Of a DNA stretch of 64,000 nucleotides, positions 51,616 to 60,279 are shown one piece after another (the first letter of the stretch is position 1; each line of letters starts with the position of its first letter). The translations under genes were made by a program, and so were the position numbers. The stretch spans positions 544,001-608,000 of the forward strand of contig JBJMOW010000005.1 of the NCBI GenBank assembly GCA_045803545.1, in the 5' to 3' direction. Under the pieces are notes generated by a model. That model was not told the DNA's origin. It searched no databases and was given only the letters and a program-made list of their open reading frames with translations. The DNA comes from Gemmatimonadaceae bacterium (GTDB lineage: Bacteria; Gemmatimonadota; Gemmatimonadetes; Gemmatimonadales; Gemmatimonadaceae).

Positions 51616-52908
51616 CTACGCAGCACGTAGTAATCGAGCGTTGTGTTGTTCGCGCTTGCATCGGCGTATTTCGGCAACGAAAAGCCAGAAGTGAACGCCG
51701 TCCGCTCCTGACTCCTCAGCGGCTTCCAACACGGCGAGCGGGCCATGCTGCTCGCCTTTCACGAGATTCCATTGATCGACCGTTAGCTCAGCGACCAACT
51801 CACCGCCGACACGTTCAGCGGCTAGTTCTTCATCGGTCGCCTCTTTCACGCTGTACCGCGCTTTCAGTCCCTTACTCCAAGTCAGAGATCGCGTCCCTTT
51901 GCTTGCCCGCTCCCATTCACGCCATAGTTCCAGATCCGCACAGTCACCACTCGCTAGGAAATCGCGAAGGACCTGGAACGGTGTGCGGCCTTGCCGGCGC
52001 GTTCCTTTCAAATCGTGACGAGTCATTTCCATCCCGATTCGTCTGTTAGTGTCATCCGTCATTGCCATCTTCTGCACGTACTCACCTACGCCGCGCCGGG
52101 TTACGCGCTCAATTGGACATAAGCCAATCAGCGGCGCCCGATAGCCGAAGGATTCAATGGCCGACAACCAGCGAGCGAAGAGTCGCTCGTTAAGCGTTTT
52201 CACTTCGGGGGCCGACAAACGGCGATCGCAGAAAAGAAGAACGTGTAAATGCGGGTGCGCGCCGGCGCTGCCGAAAGTTGTTTCGCTCGCGCGGATGGTC
52301 CCAACGATCGAGTACTCGCGCTTGTCAGCCTCGTACCCGCGACCACCAATGACTTTCCGGAACGCGTTGGCAACCGCCTCCAAGAGTCGCGCCAGCTCGT
52401 CACCAAAATCGTGCGGTAGCGTGAACGTCTGAAAGACTATGTCACCGCCGGCCGCTATGTGGCCGCTGGCCGCGACATCTATCTCGTTCGCGCGCTGCTG
52501 CCGAATCTTCGCTGCGCAGACAGGGCACGCGTGGACGGAACCGCAACATTGCACATTGCCGAAATGGGCGCGTCGCTCGGGGCTCAGGTATACGCCTACC
52601 TTGTCGTTTCGAATCCTCCGGCGGCCGCACATTCGGACGCGCGATAGGTTCGATTCTTCCCACAGCACAGAGCGTAGCTGATAGCGATCCCGGCGCCGCC
52701 CCGATTCTCCGGGCAGGGAAACACTTTTCGTAATGTTATCAAGGCGGGCAAAACCACCGACCCGCTGCGCGGGTTTCTCTACGCTCGCTGCGCTCGCTGT
52801 CGCGCTTCGCGCGGAACTACCGCCGGCCGCAGCGCGCGAGCGCGGTCGGTAGTGCGGGCGAAGGTTGGTCGCGCCATTTGTGGCGGCTTCGAGTAGATCA
52901 GCCGACAC
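51616..52908 (-). CDS. rep: HUH rolling-circle replication initiator (Rep_1/pIJ101-like)
   Basis: CGSVHACPVC Zn-like motif, motif I TFTLPH, motif II HPHLHVLL, motif III EYVQK, LTWSKGLK; start uncertain (GTG 52908 overlaps the xis stop; could be further downstream). Confidence 0.88.
   Translation of the reverse strand: MSADLLEAATNGATNLRPHYRPRSRAAAGGSSARSATASAASVEKPAQRVGGFARLDNITKSVSLPGESGRRRDRYQLRSVLWEESNLSRVRMCGRRRIRNDKVGVYLSPERRAHFGNVQCCGSVHACPVCAAKIRQQRANEIDVAASGHIAAGGDIVFQTFTLPHDFGDELARLLEAVANAFRKVIGGRGYEADKREYSIVGTIRASETTFGSAGAHPHLHVLLFCDRRLSAPEVKTLNERLFARWLSAIESFGYRAPLIGLCPIERVTRRGVGEYVQKMAMTDDTNRRIGMEMTRHDLKGTRRQGRTPFQVLRDFLASGDCADLELWREWERASKGTRSLTWSKGLKARYSVKEATDEELAAERVGGELVAELTVDQWNLVKGEQHGPLAVLEAAEESGADGVHFWLFVAEIRRCKREQHNARLLRAA
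52730..52850 (-). other. Putative double-strand origin (dso) with CTTG^ATA nick site
   Basis: Minus strand ...GCGAGCGCAGCGAGCG...ACCCGC-GCA-GCGGGT...GCCCGCCTTGATAAC; CTTGATA at 52737-52743. Confidence 0.65.
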
Positions 52909-53092
52909 GACGCCATCCACCAGGCAGAGCCTTACCGCCTCGCTCAACCCACTCAGCAAGAGCGCTTGGATTGACTCGAAGTTGGCGGCCGAGTCGAACG
53001 ACCGGGAGAATGTCAGAACGAGCCAGCTCGTAGGCGTGCTCTGGAGAAATGTTAAGAGCTTTGGCGACCTCGGGGATGCGAAGGAGCTGCAT
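52898..53092 (-). CDS. xis: Excisionase-like HTH (MerR/HTH_17) protein
   Basis: MQLLRIPEVAKALNISPEHAYELAR...LPVVRLGRQLRV..SALAEWV; GGAGG RBS. Confidence 0.88.
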   Translation of the reverse strand: MQLLRIPEVAKALNISPEHAYELARSDILPVVRLGRQLRVNPSALAEWVERGGKALPGGWRRVG

Positions 53093-53199
53093 GACTGCCT
53101 CCAAAGGAGAGTGATTGCCTCACACGACGTGTGCGGGTGCAATTCTCCCTCAGGGGCAGACCGCGAAAATCTGAACTCAAGCATTTCTTGCTTCAGTTA

Positions 53200-54201
53200 C
53201 TACAAATTGTTTTCGCCGCCCTGATTACCAGGCCGGAGGGGTAGAGCGAGCCGATGCGCCGCTTGCGCTATCCCTTTGTGTACGGCTCTGTAGGCGGCTT
53301 GCCGGCGTAGGTCGCTTTGTTCCGCGTAGGCACTCCGCTCGCTCGCTTTGCTGGCAGAGCGGAGAATTTCGGTCGGCCTTTTAGGAATTTCGGTCGGTCT
53401 TTCAGACCGTTTGAGTTTTCGCGGATTATTGAGGCCGTATTCCTTCGCAATTTTGGCGTGAGTCCACCGCTGACACTGCCAACGCACAAGCCATTCGAAA
53501 TGCCGAAACAAATCCGAGTCCTTGTCGGATTTGCGGATTTTCGGCGTTTTTGTCCATCCCGCTTCCTCGGCCTGACTTCTTACACGTCTCACATATCCGC
53601 CCAAGTGCGAATTGAATTCGGCCGAAACTCTCGCAACGAACGCTTTTTCGGTCTCGTCTGTAATTCTCCAGCCGTTATCCGAAAACGAAAACGGCATTTC
53701 GGCCCATTTCGATTTCTTAACCGAAATCGGCGCGCTGAATTGAAGTCGCCGGCCCGGAACTACCACAATCGTTCCGGTCCATTCAAAGAGGGTTCGCAAA
53801 ACCATATTTCGAACCCATTCGGTATTTAGGCTGTGCCGTTTAATCCAGTCTTCGAGCGCGGCAATTAGGACCGCGAACTCATTTCGGTCTGTGTTTCCGA
53901 GCTTCCGAAGCGTTTCGGCGTCCAGCGAGAGCAGCTCGTCCTGATCCATTACCGCTCTAATGCGTTCGTAATTCGGCCGAACCGACTCTGCGAGATCTAC
54001 CAATACCTCTTGCGCGAATTCCTCGATCTTTTCGATGAACGCCGTTCGAGCGTAATGCCCTGCTTTGTCGTGTTCGGTTGGATGGGAGTACTCACCGAAA
54101 CCAATTCGCGTCGGGTCGCCGACAGGAAGTAAATCCGATTCCGACTTGTCCTTTTCTTCAGCGCGCTTCTTTTTGGGCAGAACACGTAGAAATGGTGCCA
54201 T
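53200..54201 (-). CDS. Hypothetical protein with possible C-terminal HTH (island regulator?)
   Basis: HFEWLVRWQ...THAKIAKEYG...AVHKGI; start uncertain. Confidence 0.65.
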   Translation of the reverse strand: MAPFLRVLPKKKRAEEKDKSESDLLPVGDPTRIGFGEYSHPTEHDKAGHYARTAFIEKIEEFAQEVLVDLAESVRPNYERIRAVMDQDELLSLDAETLRKLGNTDRNEFAVLIAALEDWIKRHSLNTEWVRNMVLRTLFEWTGTIVVVPGRRLQFSAPISVKKSKWAEMPFSFSDNGWRITDETEKAFVARVSAEFNSHLGGYVRRVRSQAEEAGWTKTPKIRKSDKDSDLFRHFEWLVRWQCQRWTHAKIAKEYGLNNPRKLKRSERPTEIPKRPTEILRSASKASERSAYAEQSDLRRQAAYRAVHKGIAQAAHRLALPLRPGNQGGENNL

Positions 54202-54213
54202 TAATGGTGCGAT
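54191..54213 (+). repeat. Putative integrase arm-type sites (distal pair)
   Basis: AATGGTGCCAT (54191-54201) and AATGGTGCGAT (54203-54213). Confidence 0.7.
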
Positions 54214-54339
54214 CTCCGCCAAACTGTGTTGAACTCGGAACAACTCGCGAGCAGAAGGAATGGCGGTAACTCAAGCAATTGCTCGACTTAGGTCAAGTGG
54301 GGAAAACTCACATGACCTCAGCAAAAGTCGCGAAATTCA

Positions 54340-54384
54340 AATGGGGTTCAGGGGGTCGCGGGTTCAAATCCCGCCGTCCCGATT
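54340..54384 (+). repeat. att site (distal), displaced 3' half of tRNA-Pro
   Basis: Identical to 42923-42967. Confidence 0.95.
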
Positions 54385-54395
54385 CAAGTAAGTCT

Positions 54396-54429
54396 AAGCA
54401 TCGTTGGCTTTTACGCTGACGGTGCTTTT
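54396..54429 (+). terminator. Probable original terminator of tRNA-Pro
   Basis: AAGCATCGTTGGC...GCTGACGGTGCTT stem (with G-U pairs) plus TTTT just after the distal att. Confidence 0.6.
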
Positions 54430-54508
54430 ATGTCGCGTACCGAGCTGGTCGTGTTCCTTTGATGCTTGGGTCTTCAACGTGCTTTCGCGACCCTGATATA
54501 ATTCAAGC

Positions 54509-54877
54509 TTGCCCGCATCATACGAGATCGACCCAAAGCGAAAGCTAGTAATCACCCGCGTTTGGGACCCGGCGACAGAAGACGACGTTCTTGCGCACGG
54601 CGCGCGCTTGCGCGCTGACCCACACTTCGACCCAACTTACAAACAGCTCGCGGACATGAGTGGCGTGACTCAGATTAGAGTGAGCACAGGCACAGTCGAG
54701 CAACTGTCACGCGGCCAGCTCTTCGCGCCTGGTTCACAGAGAGCCTTCGTCGCTTCGCACGACGCAGTATTCGGCATGCTGCGTAAATACGAGCTTCACG
54801 CGGAAAGCGTAGGCCAGACAGTCCGAGTTTTTCGTGAGCGGAAGTCGGCTGAAGACTGGCTCGGTCTCTCAGACTAG
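54509..54877 (+). CDS. Hypothetical protein, STAS/SpoIIAA-like
   Basis: YEIDP.RKLV...QLADMS...AFVA...FGMLRKY...VRVF...AEDWL pattern; TTG start. Confidence 0.75.
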   Translation: MPASYEIDPKRKLVITRVWDPATEDDVLAHGARLRADPHFDPTYKQLADMSGVTQIRVSTGTVEQLSRGQLFAPGSQRAFVASHDAVFGMLRKYELHAESVGQTVRVFRERKSAEDWLGLSD

Positions 54878-55019
54878 TCGCACTAAAAGCGCTGACTTTG
54901 TGGCTCTGCCTTAGTCGTGGTTGTGATCGCGTTCGTCGCTGCAATTTGCTAGCAGTTGCGATCACTCGCGAATCACTCAAACGTTTTTGCCATCGCCACG
55001 TACCCACCAATTTTCTCGC

Positions 55020-56324
55020 GTGAGCACGCTCGTTGCGACGAAACCGCAGCGAATGGTTGAAAAACGGAAGAAACATCCGCTCGCCAAGCGGCCGCCCAAG
55101 CCCGAGGAGCCGGCCACCGGTGGTGTAACACCGATTACGCCGCTTGGCGGATCGCGACTCGCGCAGGCGATTCGTCACGGAGGCCGCATCTACCAGATGA
55201 TGGTCGAGTCGGTTCGCGACTACGCGATCTTTCTGCTCGACCCGTCCGGCTACATCGTCACCTGGAACGAAGGCGCACAGCGCCTGAAGGGCTACGCGGC
55301 CGACGAAATAATCGGACAGCATTTCTCCGTTTTCTATCCACCTGAAGCAATCGCGATCGGTCACCCGGCGCGGGAGCTCGAGATCGCAACGGCCGAGGGA
55401 CGGTTCGAGGAAGAAGGGTGGCGAATTCGCAAGGACGGCACCGCCTTTTGGGCCAACGTGCTGATCACTGCCGTTCGCGATGAGACCGGTGAGCTGATCG
55501 GCTTCGCCAAGGTCACTCGCGATCTCACTGAGCGCCGTAACTCGGAGGCGCGCGCAATCGCCGATGCCCGACGCGTGGCGCACGCGGAGTCCGCCAACAT
55601 TGCCAAAAGCGAATTTCTGACGGCGATGTCGCACGAGTTGCGCACACCGCTCAACGCCATCGGCGGCTACGCTGAGCTGCTTAGCCTCGGACTCGGCGGT
55701 CCAACCACTCCCGAGCAAAGCGACTACATCGAGCGCATCCGTCGCAGCCAGCAGCATCTGCTGCGCATCATCTCGGATCTCTTGAACTTCAGTCGGATCG
55801 AAGCCGGCCAGCTCAGTTACGACATGTCCGAGTTCTCGCTCAGCGGAGTGATCGGCGCCGTTGTGCCGCTCATCGAGCCGCAGGCGCGCGCGAAGGGCGT
55901 TTCGTTTTCCGTCGATGAGGCGGATCAGGAGTGCGATGCGATCGGCGATCGTGCCAAGGTCGAGCAGGTTCTGCTGAACCTGCTGTCGAACGCCGTCAAG
56001 TTCACCAAGCGTGGCGGAGAAATTGGCGTCTCCTGTCGCGCCGGAGCGAAGGTCGCGCGTATTATCGTCCGCGACACCGGCGTTGGGATCGCAGAGGACA
56101 AACTCGAGGCGATCTTCGAGCCGTTCGTGCAACTCGGGCGATCGCTATCGAGCGCGCACGAGGGCACCGGGCTTGGACTCGCTATTAGTCGCGACCTCGC
56201 GCGGGCGATGCGCGGCGATCTCACCGCGTCGAGCACCCCTGGCGTCGGATCGATATTTACTCTGTCGCTACAACGGCCATCCGGGTCCGGGCGAGCACCC
56301 GGGAAACGGGCTAAGCGGAAATGA
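55020..56324 (+). CDS. PAS-domain sensor histidine kinase
   Basis: DYAIFLLD...WNEGAQRLKGY...RKDGTAFW (PAS/PAC); MSHELRTPLN, NLLSNAVKF, DTGVGI, GTGLGL; start uncertain. Confidence 0.93.
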   Translation: MSTLVATKPQRMVEKRKKHPLAKRPPKPEEPATGGVTPITPLGGSRLAQAIRHGGRIYQMMVESVRDYAIFLLDPSGYIVTWNEGAQRLKGYAADEIIGQHFSVFYPPEAIAIGHPARELEIATAEGRFEEEGWRIRKDGTAFWANVLITAVRDETGELIGFAKVTRDLTERRNSEARAIADARRVAHAESANIAKSEFLTAMSHELRTPLNAIGGYAELLSLGLGGPTTPEQSDYIERIRRSQQHLLRIISDLLNFSRIEAGQLSYDMSEFSLSGVIGAVVPLIEPQARAKGVSFSVDEADQECDAIGDRAKVEQVLLNLLSNAVKFTKRGGEIGVSCRAGAKVARIIVRDTGVGIAEDKLEAIFEPFVQLGRSLSSAHEGTGLGLAISRDLARAMRGDLTASSTPGVGSIFTLSLQRPSGSGRAPGKRAKRK

Positions 56325-57135
56325 TCTTCCCGACGTAGAAATTGCCAAACTCCGCGTATTTGGCGCTGACTTCGTCGAAGCGCATGTCGGTGACGAGCTT
56401 CTTGAAATCGAGTGGATCCCTGGCGAAAAGAGTGACACCCCACTCCCAGGCATCGAGTCCGATTGCACCTGTGATAATCTGCTGGACCCGCCCGGCATAG
56501 CGACGGCCCGTGAGTCCATGACCGTACATCAGCCGACTTCGTTCATCCAGATCCAGGGCATACCAGTTCTGGTCTGCGTCACGGCGTTTCGACATCGGAT
56601 AAAAACAGACGTAGGGCATGTCTGTCGGAATCTGCGGGTAAAGTCTCCTCTTAACGTGCTCGCTCTCGCGCTCCGCTGCCGCCCGGCCTGCAAGAGTGCG
56701 GATGTAGTCCGCATCGCCAACCTGTCCCCCGCGCGCTGCCGCCGCCCGCGCGAGATCGGCGGTGATGTGATAGAGACCCGCTTCAGTCACGCTCAGGAAC
56801 GAGTAGGAGAGCTCGGCGTCCGCGGAAATCTGCGTCGCGCGCAGTCGGTCTTCGGCATCTGCAATCGCATCCAGCGAGTCCCTAAAGTGAATCGCCATGA
56901 GCTGCGACGCAGATCCGATCAGCTGAACGAGGCAGCTCCAGCCATTGACGCTACCTGATTGTGACCTGCTCTTCGTTCTCCCCTTCCTGGCATCACGCAG
57001 CTCGGTGTCTGCGGTCCGTGCCAATCTCAGCAGCTCGCGAGCCGACGGAACAGGATTTTCAAAGCGAAAGACTTGGTGCAGCGAATACCATCCCTCGAGA
57101 GTTTCAGGAGGATGCGCGATTGGTTCGTTTGCCAT
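56311..57135 (-). CDS. hemQ: Coproheme decarboxylase (chlorite dismutase family)
   Basis: TLEGWYSLH, CFYPMSKRR, NWY, HGLTGRRY, GLDAWEWGVTLF, MRFDEVSAKYAEFG. Confidence 0.85.
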   Translation of the reverse strand: MANEPIAHPPETLEGWYSLHQVFRFENPVPSARELLRLARTADTELRDARKGRTKSRSQSGSVNGWSCLVQLIGSASQLMAIHFRDSLDAIADAEDRLRATQISADAELSYSFLSVTEAGLYHITADLARAAAARGGQVGDADYIRTLAGRAAAERESEHVKRRLYPQIPTDMPYVCFYPMSKRRDADQNWYALDLDERSRLMYGHGLTGRRYAGRVQQIITGAIGLDAWEWGVTLFARDPLDFKKLVTDMRFDEVSAKYAEFGNFYVGKIISA

Positions 57136-57177
57136 GCTGTAAACTATGTTGCCGGTGAGAACACCGCCGACGAACGG

Positions 57178-60100
57178 TCAGTGCGTCGCGGTCGCAAGCC
57201 GGTAATCGCGGCCACGAATCGCCACGAGCAACGTCGGCACCAGAAAGAGTGTAATGGGCGTCGAAAGAGCGAGGCCGCCGATCACCGCCAGCGCCAAAGG
57301 CTTTTGCAGCTCACTCCCTGCGCCAAGTCCCAAAGCAAGCGGTAGCAAACCAAACAGGGTGCAGAGGGTTGTCATCAGGATCGGCCGCAATCTCACGCGC
57401 GCCGCTTCGACGATCGCCGTTTCCAGCGGGAGGCCAGCTTGCAACATCCGGTGGCGAGTAAAGTCGAGCAGGATGATTCCGTTCTTCACGATAAGCCCAA
57501 CGAGCAGAATCAATCCCATGAACGACGAAACGTTCAGTGGCGTTCCAGTAATCAGCAGCAAGGTCATTGCGCCAACGAACGACAGCGGCGCAGCCAGCAA
57601 GACGACCAGCGGCTCGACGAATGACTGGAATTGCAATACCATCACCCCGACAACACTGGCGACAGCCAGGGCGAGCACGAGCAGCAGGCCGCGAAACGCC
57701 TCCTGCTGACTCGCGTATTGTCCGCCTAGTTCCATCCGGATGCCGGGCGGCGGCCTTTTCTTCGCGAGAACGGCTTTCACGTCGTCCATGACTGAGCCAA
57801 GAGACCGATTGCTCACGTCTGAGGTGATAGCGATCATCTGCTGTTGATTCTCGCGCAGCAGCTCCGCGCGCGTCTCAACCGGCTCGAACGTCGTGAGAGT
57901 TCCAAGTGGCACCGCTGCGCCTGTTTGCGCCGATACAATCGGTAGTGCTGACAATTGGGTACGACTGTAGCGGACGGAGTCGGGTGCTCTTACCCGCACA
58001 CCAATGGAGCGGTCCTGGAGTCGCACCTCGCCAGCGTCTGCGCCAAGAAGAGCACCCATCGAGGCGTTGGCAACGTCCTGCGCGGTAAGTCCGGCGCGGT
58101 TCGCCTCCGCAATGTTGATGTGCATGTCGAGCTCGGGGCTGGGCTCGCTAACGCCATTGTAAAGATCCTCGACCCCGTCAATCTTCTCGAGATCCGGCTC
58201 GATACTCTTCGCATAGTCCTCGAGTCGATTGAGATCCGCTCCGAACAACTTGATTTCAACCGGGCGCGCCGAGCCGGCCAGATCATTGATGACGTCGGAG
58301 AGTATCTGCACGAATTCGACGCGCAGTCGAGGCAGCGCCGTCTCGACCTTGACGCGCACGTCGTCGATAACGTCGAAGATCGAGCGCGAGCGCTGGCTCG
58401 GTGGTCGCAAGCGCGCGACAATGTCGCCGGTGTTTTGCTCGGTGGCGAACAACCCGAGCTCGGCGCCAGTGCGGCGCGATGTGGCCTCGATTTCTGGTGT
58501 CTGTGCCAGGATGCGCTCAACGATGTGTATCTCGCGGTCCGTTTCGGCTAGCGCCGTGCCTCCGGGCGTGTAGTAGTCGAGCACGAACGCGCCTTCGTCC
58601 ATCTCGGGAAGAAAACCGCTGCCAACGAAGCGGTGAGCGAGATAGCCCGCGACGATTAGAATTGCGCCGGCGATCAACATTCGTCGCGGATGATGAAGTA
58701 CGCGCTCAAGTGCTTCCTCGTAGCGCTCGGACAACCTGTCGAGCGCCACCTTGACACGATAAAGAAATCCGCGAGCGCCCGTGGCTGCCGCGGGACTCGT
58801 GGACTCGTCCGCGTCGGCGTCCCTCTCGGTGAGAAACTGATCGGCCATCAGCGGAATGATCGTGAGGGCGAGCACAAGTGAGACGAGCACTGCAATGGTA
58901 AGAGTGATCGACAGCGCGGCGAAGAACTGGCCAACGACGCCTTTCAGAAGTCGCAGCGGGAGGAACACGACTACCGTCGTCAGGGTCGAAGTCGTTACCG
59001 GCCAGATCAGCTCGTTGATCGCTTCGCGAATTGCGTCGTGCCGGCTTCGATTGAGCTTGAGATGGCGGACGATGTTCTCTGTAATCACGACCGAGTCGTC
59101 GATCACGAGACCGATCGCAATCGCCATCGCGCCGAGTGTCATCAGGTTGAACGTCTGGCCGATCAGATACATCGCGAAAACGCTGATCGCCAGCGTCAGC
59201 GGAATCGACGAAGCACTGATGGCGGTGATGCGTCCGTGATGCAGAAACAGCAGCAGGATGATCACGGCGAGGATGGCGCCGATTATCATCGCGTCACGAA
59301 CCGAAGTCATCGCGTCCCGAACGAGCGCTGCCTGATCGTAAACCGGTTTTAGCGTGACGCCCGCAGGCAGCGTCGGCCGCATCGCGCGGGCGAGGCTGGC
59401 CACGCTGTCCGCCAGCTCCAGGGTGCTGCCGCCTGGCTGACGGGTGATGTTGAGCAACGCCGCCGGCCTGCCGTCGCCGGCAATGATGCGCACGTGATCT
59501 TCGGTGCCGAGTGTCACCGTTGCGACATCCCGTACACGGAGTCCGTGACCTACGACGACATTGGCGATGTCGTCGGGGCTGTGTGCTTCCTGCTGCGCGA
59601 CTATCAGATATTGTCGGTAATCCTGAGGCAAGCGCCCGACAGCGGTGACCCCCGTCGCGTTCCGGATCGCGGTCGCCATATCGTCATAGGTGAGCCGCTG
59701 CGCAGCGAGCCGCGTCGGATCTGCGATCACCTCGACCTCGCGCACGTCACTGCCCTGCACGTCGACACGACCGACTCCCCGAACTCGCGAGATGACGGGT
59801 GCCAGCTGATACCGCGCGATGTCGTACAACGTCGCCGGATCGCCACCCTCCAGATTGTAGGAGAGGATCGGGAATAGCGACGGCGTCATTCGCTCGATCT
59901 CGATGTCCAGGCCCTGCGGCAGATCGTTGCGGATCTGATTCACGCGCGCCTGCACCTGCTGCAGCGCATAAATCATGTCCGTGTTGTCGGTGAATGTGAC
60001 GGAGATCTCGTCCGAGCCGCGGATCGTACGGGAGCGGACACGTGTGACCCCGGGTACGATGCTGACCGCTTCCTCGATGGGACGCGTGACACTAAAAAGC

Positions 60101-60279
60101 ATCTGACGCGCGCCGAGTGCAGAGCCCTGAGCAACAACCAACACGCGCGGGAAAGCGAGCTCCGGATAAATCGCGGAAGGAAGCTGCGGTGCGGCGTAAA
60201 TGCCACCTGCGCTGACCACAGCGACCACGAGATACACGAAGCGGCGCTGTGCGGCGAGAAAATCGAATAGCGACTTCAC
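57178..60279 (-). CDS. RND efflux transporter permease subunit (AcrB/CusA superfamily)
   Basis: GLVIDDSVVITENI, FLPEMDEG, GLIVKNGI, RLRPILMT. Confidence 0.95.
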   Translation of the reverse strand: MKSLFDFLAAQRRFVYLVVAVVSAGGIYAAPQLPSAIYPELAFPRVLVVAQGSALGARQMLFSVTRPIEEAVSIVPGVTRVRSRTIRGSDEISVTFTDNTDMIYALQQVQARVNQIRNDLPQGLDIEIERMTPSLFPILSYNLEGGDPATLYDIARYQLAPVISRVRGVGRVDVQGSDVREVEVIADPTRLAAQRLTYDDMATAIRNATGVTAVGRLPQDYRQYLIVAQQEAHSPDDIANVVVGHGLRVRDVATVTLGTEDHVRIIAGDGRPAALLNITRQPGGSTLELADSVASLARAMRPTLPAGVTLKPVYDQAALVRDAMTSVRDAMIIGAILAVIILLLFLHHGRITAISASSIPLTLAISVFAMYLIGQTFNLMTLGAMAIAIGLVIDDSVVITENIVRHLKLNRSRHDAIREAINELIWPVTTSTLTTVVVFLPLRLLKGVVGQFFAALSITLTIAVLVSLVLALTIIPLMADQFLTERDADADESTSPAAATGARGFLYRVKVALDRLSERYEEALERVLHHPRRMLIAGAILIVAGYLAHRFVGSGFLPEMDEGAFVLDYYTPGGTALAETDREIHIVERILAQTPEIEATSRRTGAELGLFATEQNTGDIVARLRPPSQRSRSIFDVIDDVRVKVETALPRLRVEFVQILSDVINDLAGSARPVEIKLFGADLNRLEDYAKSIEPDLEKIDGVEDLYNGVSEPSPELDMHINIAEANRAGLTAQDVANASMGALLGADAGEVRLQDRSIGVRVRAPDSVRYSRTQLSALPIVSAQTGAAVPLGTLTTFEPVETRAELLRENQQQMIAITSDVSNRSLGSVMDDVKAVLAKKRPPPGIRMELGGQYASQQEAFRGLLLVLALAVASVVGVMVLQFQSFVEPLVVLLAAPLSFVGAMTLLLITGTPLNVSSFMGLILLVGLIVKNGIILLDFTRHRMLQAGLPLETAIVEAARVRLRPILMTTLCTLFGLLPLALGLGAGSELQKPLALAVIGGLALSTPITLFLVPTLLVAIRGRDYRLATATH

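Larger units (their letters stand above)
42923..54384. mobile_element. tRNA-Pro-integrated element (~11.4 kb) with tyrosine integrase, rolling-circle Rep and Xis
   Basis: 45-bp direct repeats of the tRNA 3' half at both ends; int/rep/xis inside; visibly more AT-rich than the flanks. Confidence 0.93.

Noticed and set aside
52909..53184. N-terminal extension of the 522-aa Rep ORF
   Set aside because: It overlaps the clearly recognisable xis gene, which has its own RBS, in another frame; Rep motifs begin further downstream
54340..54384. Second tRNA-Pro gene
   Set aside because: Only the 3' half is present (no acceptor 5' strand or D-arm); it is the att duplication
42923..54384. Prophage or inovirus
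   Set aside because: No capsid, terminase, tail, Zot-like ATPase or cluster of tiny coat-protein ORFs was recognised
54675..56132. 485-aa minus-strand ORF, and similar long antisense ORFs such as 6539..7390, 9282..10151, 11193..12011 and 63159..63986
   Set aside because: Shadow frames opposite well-supported genes, expected in GC-rich DNA; no motifs of their own
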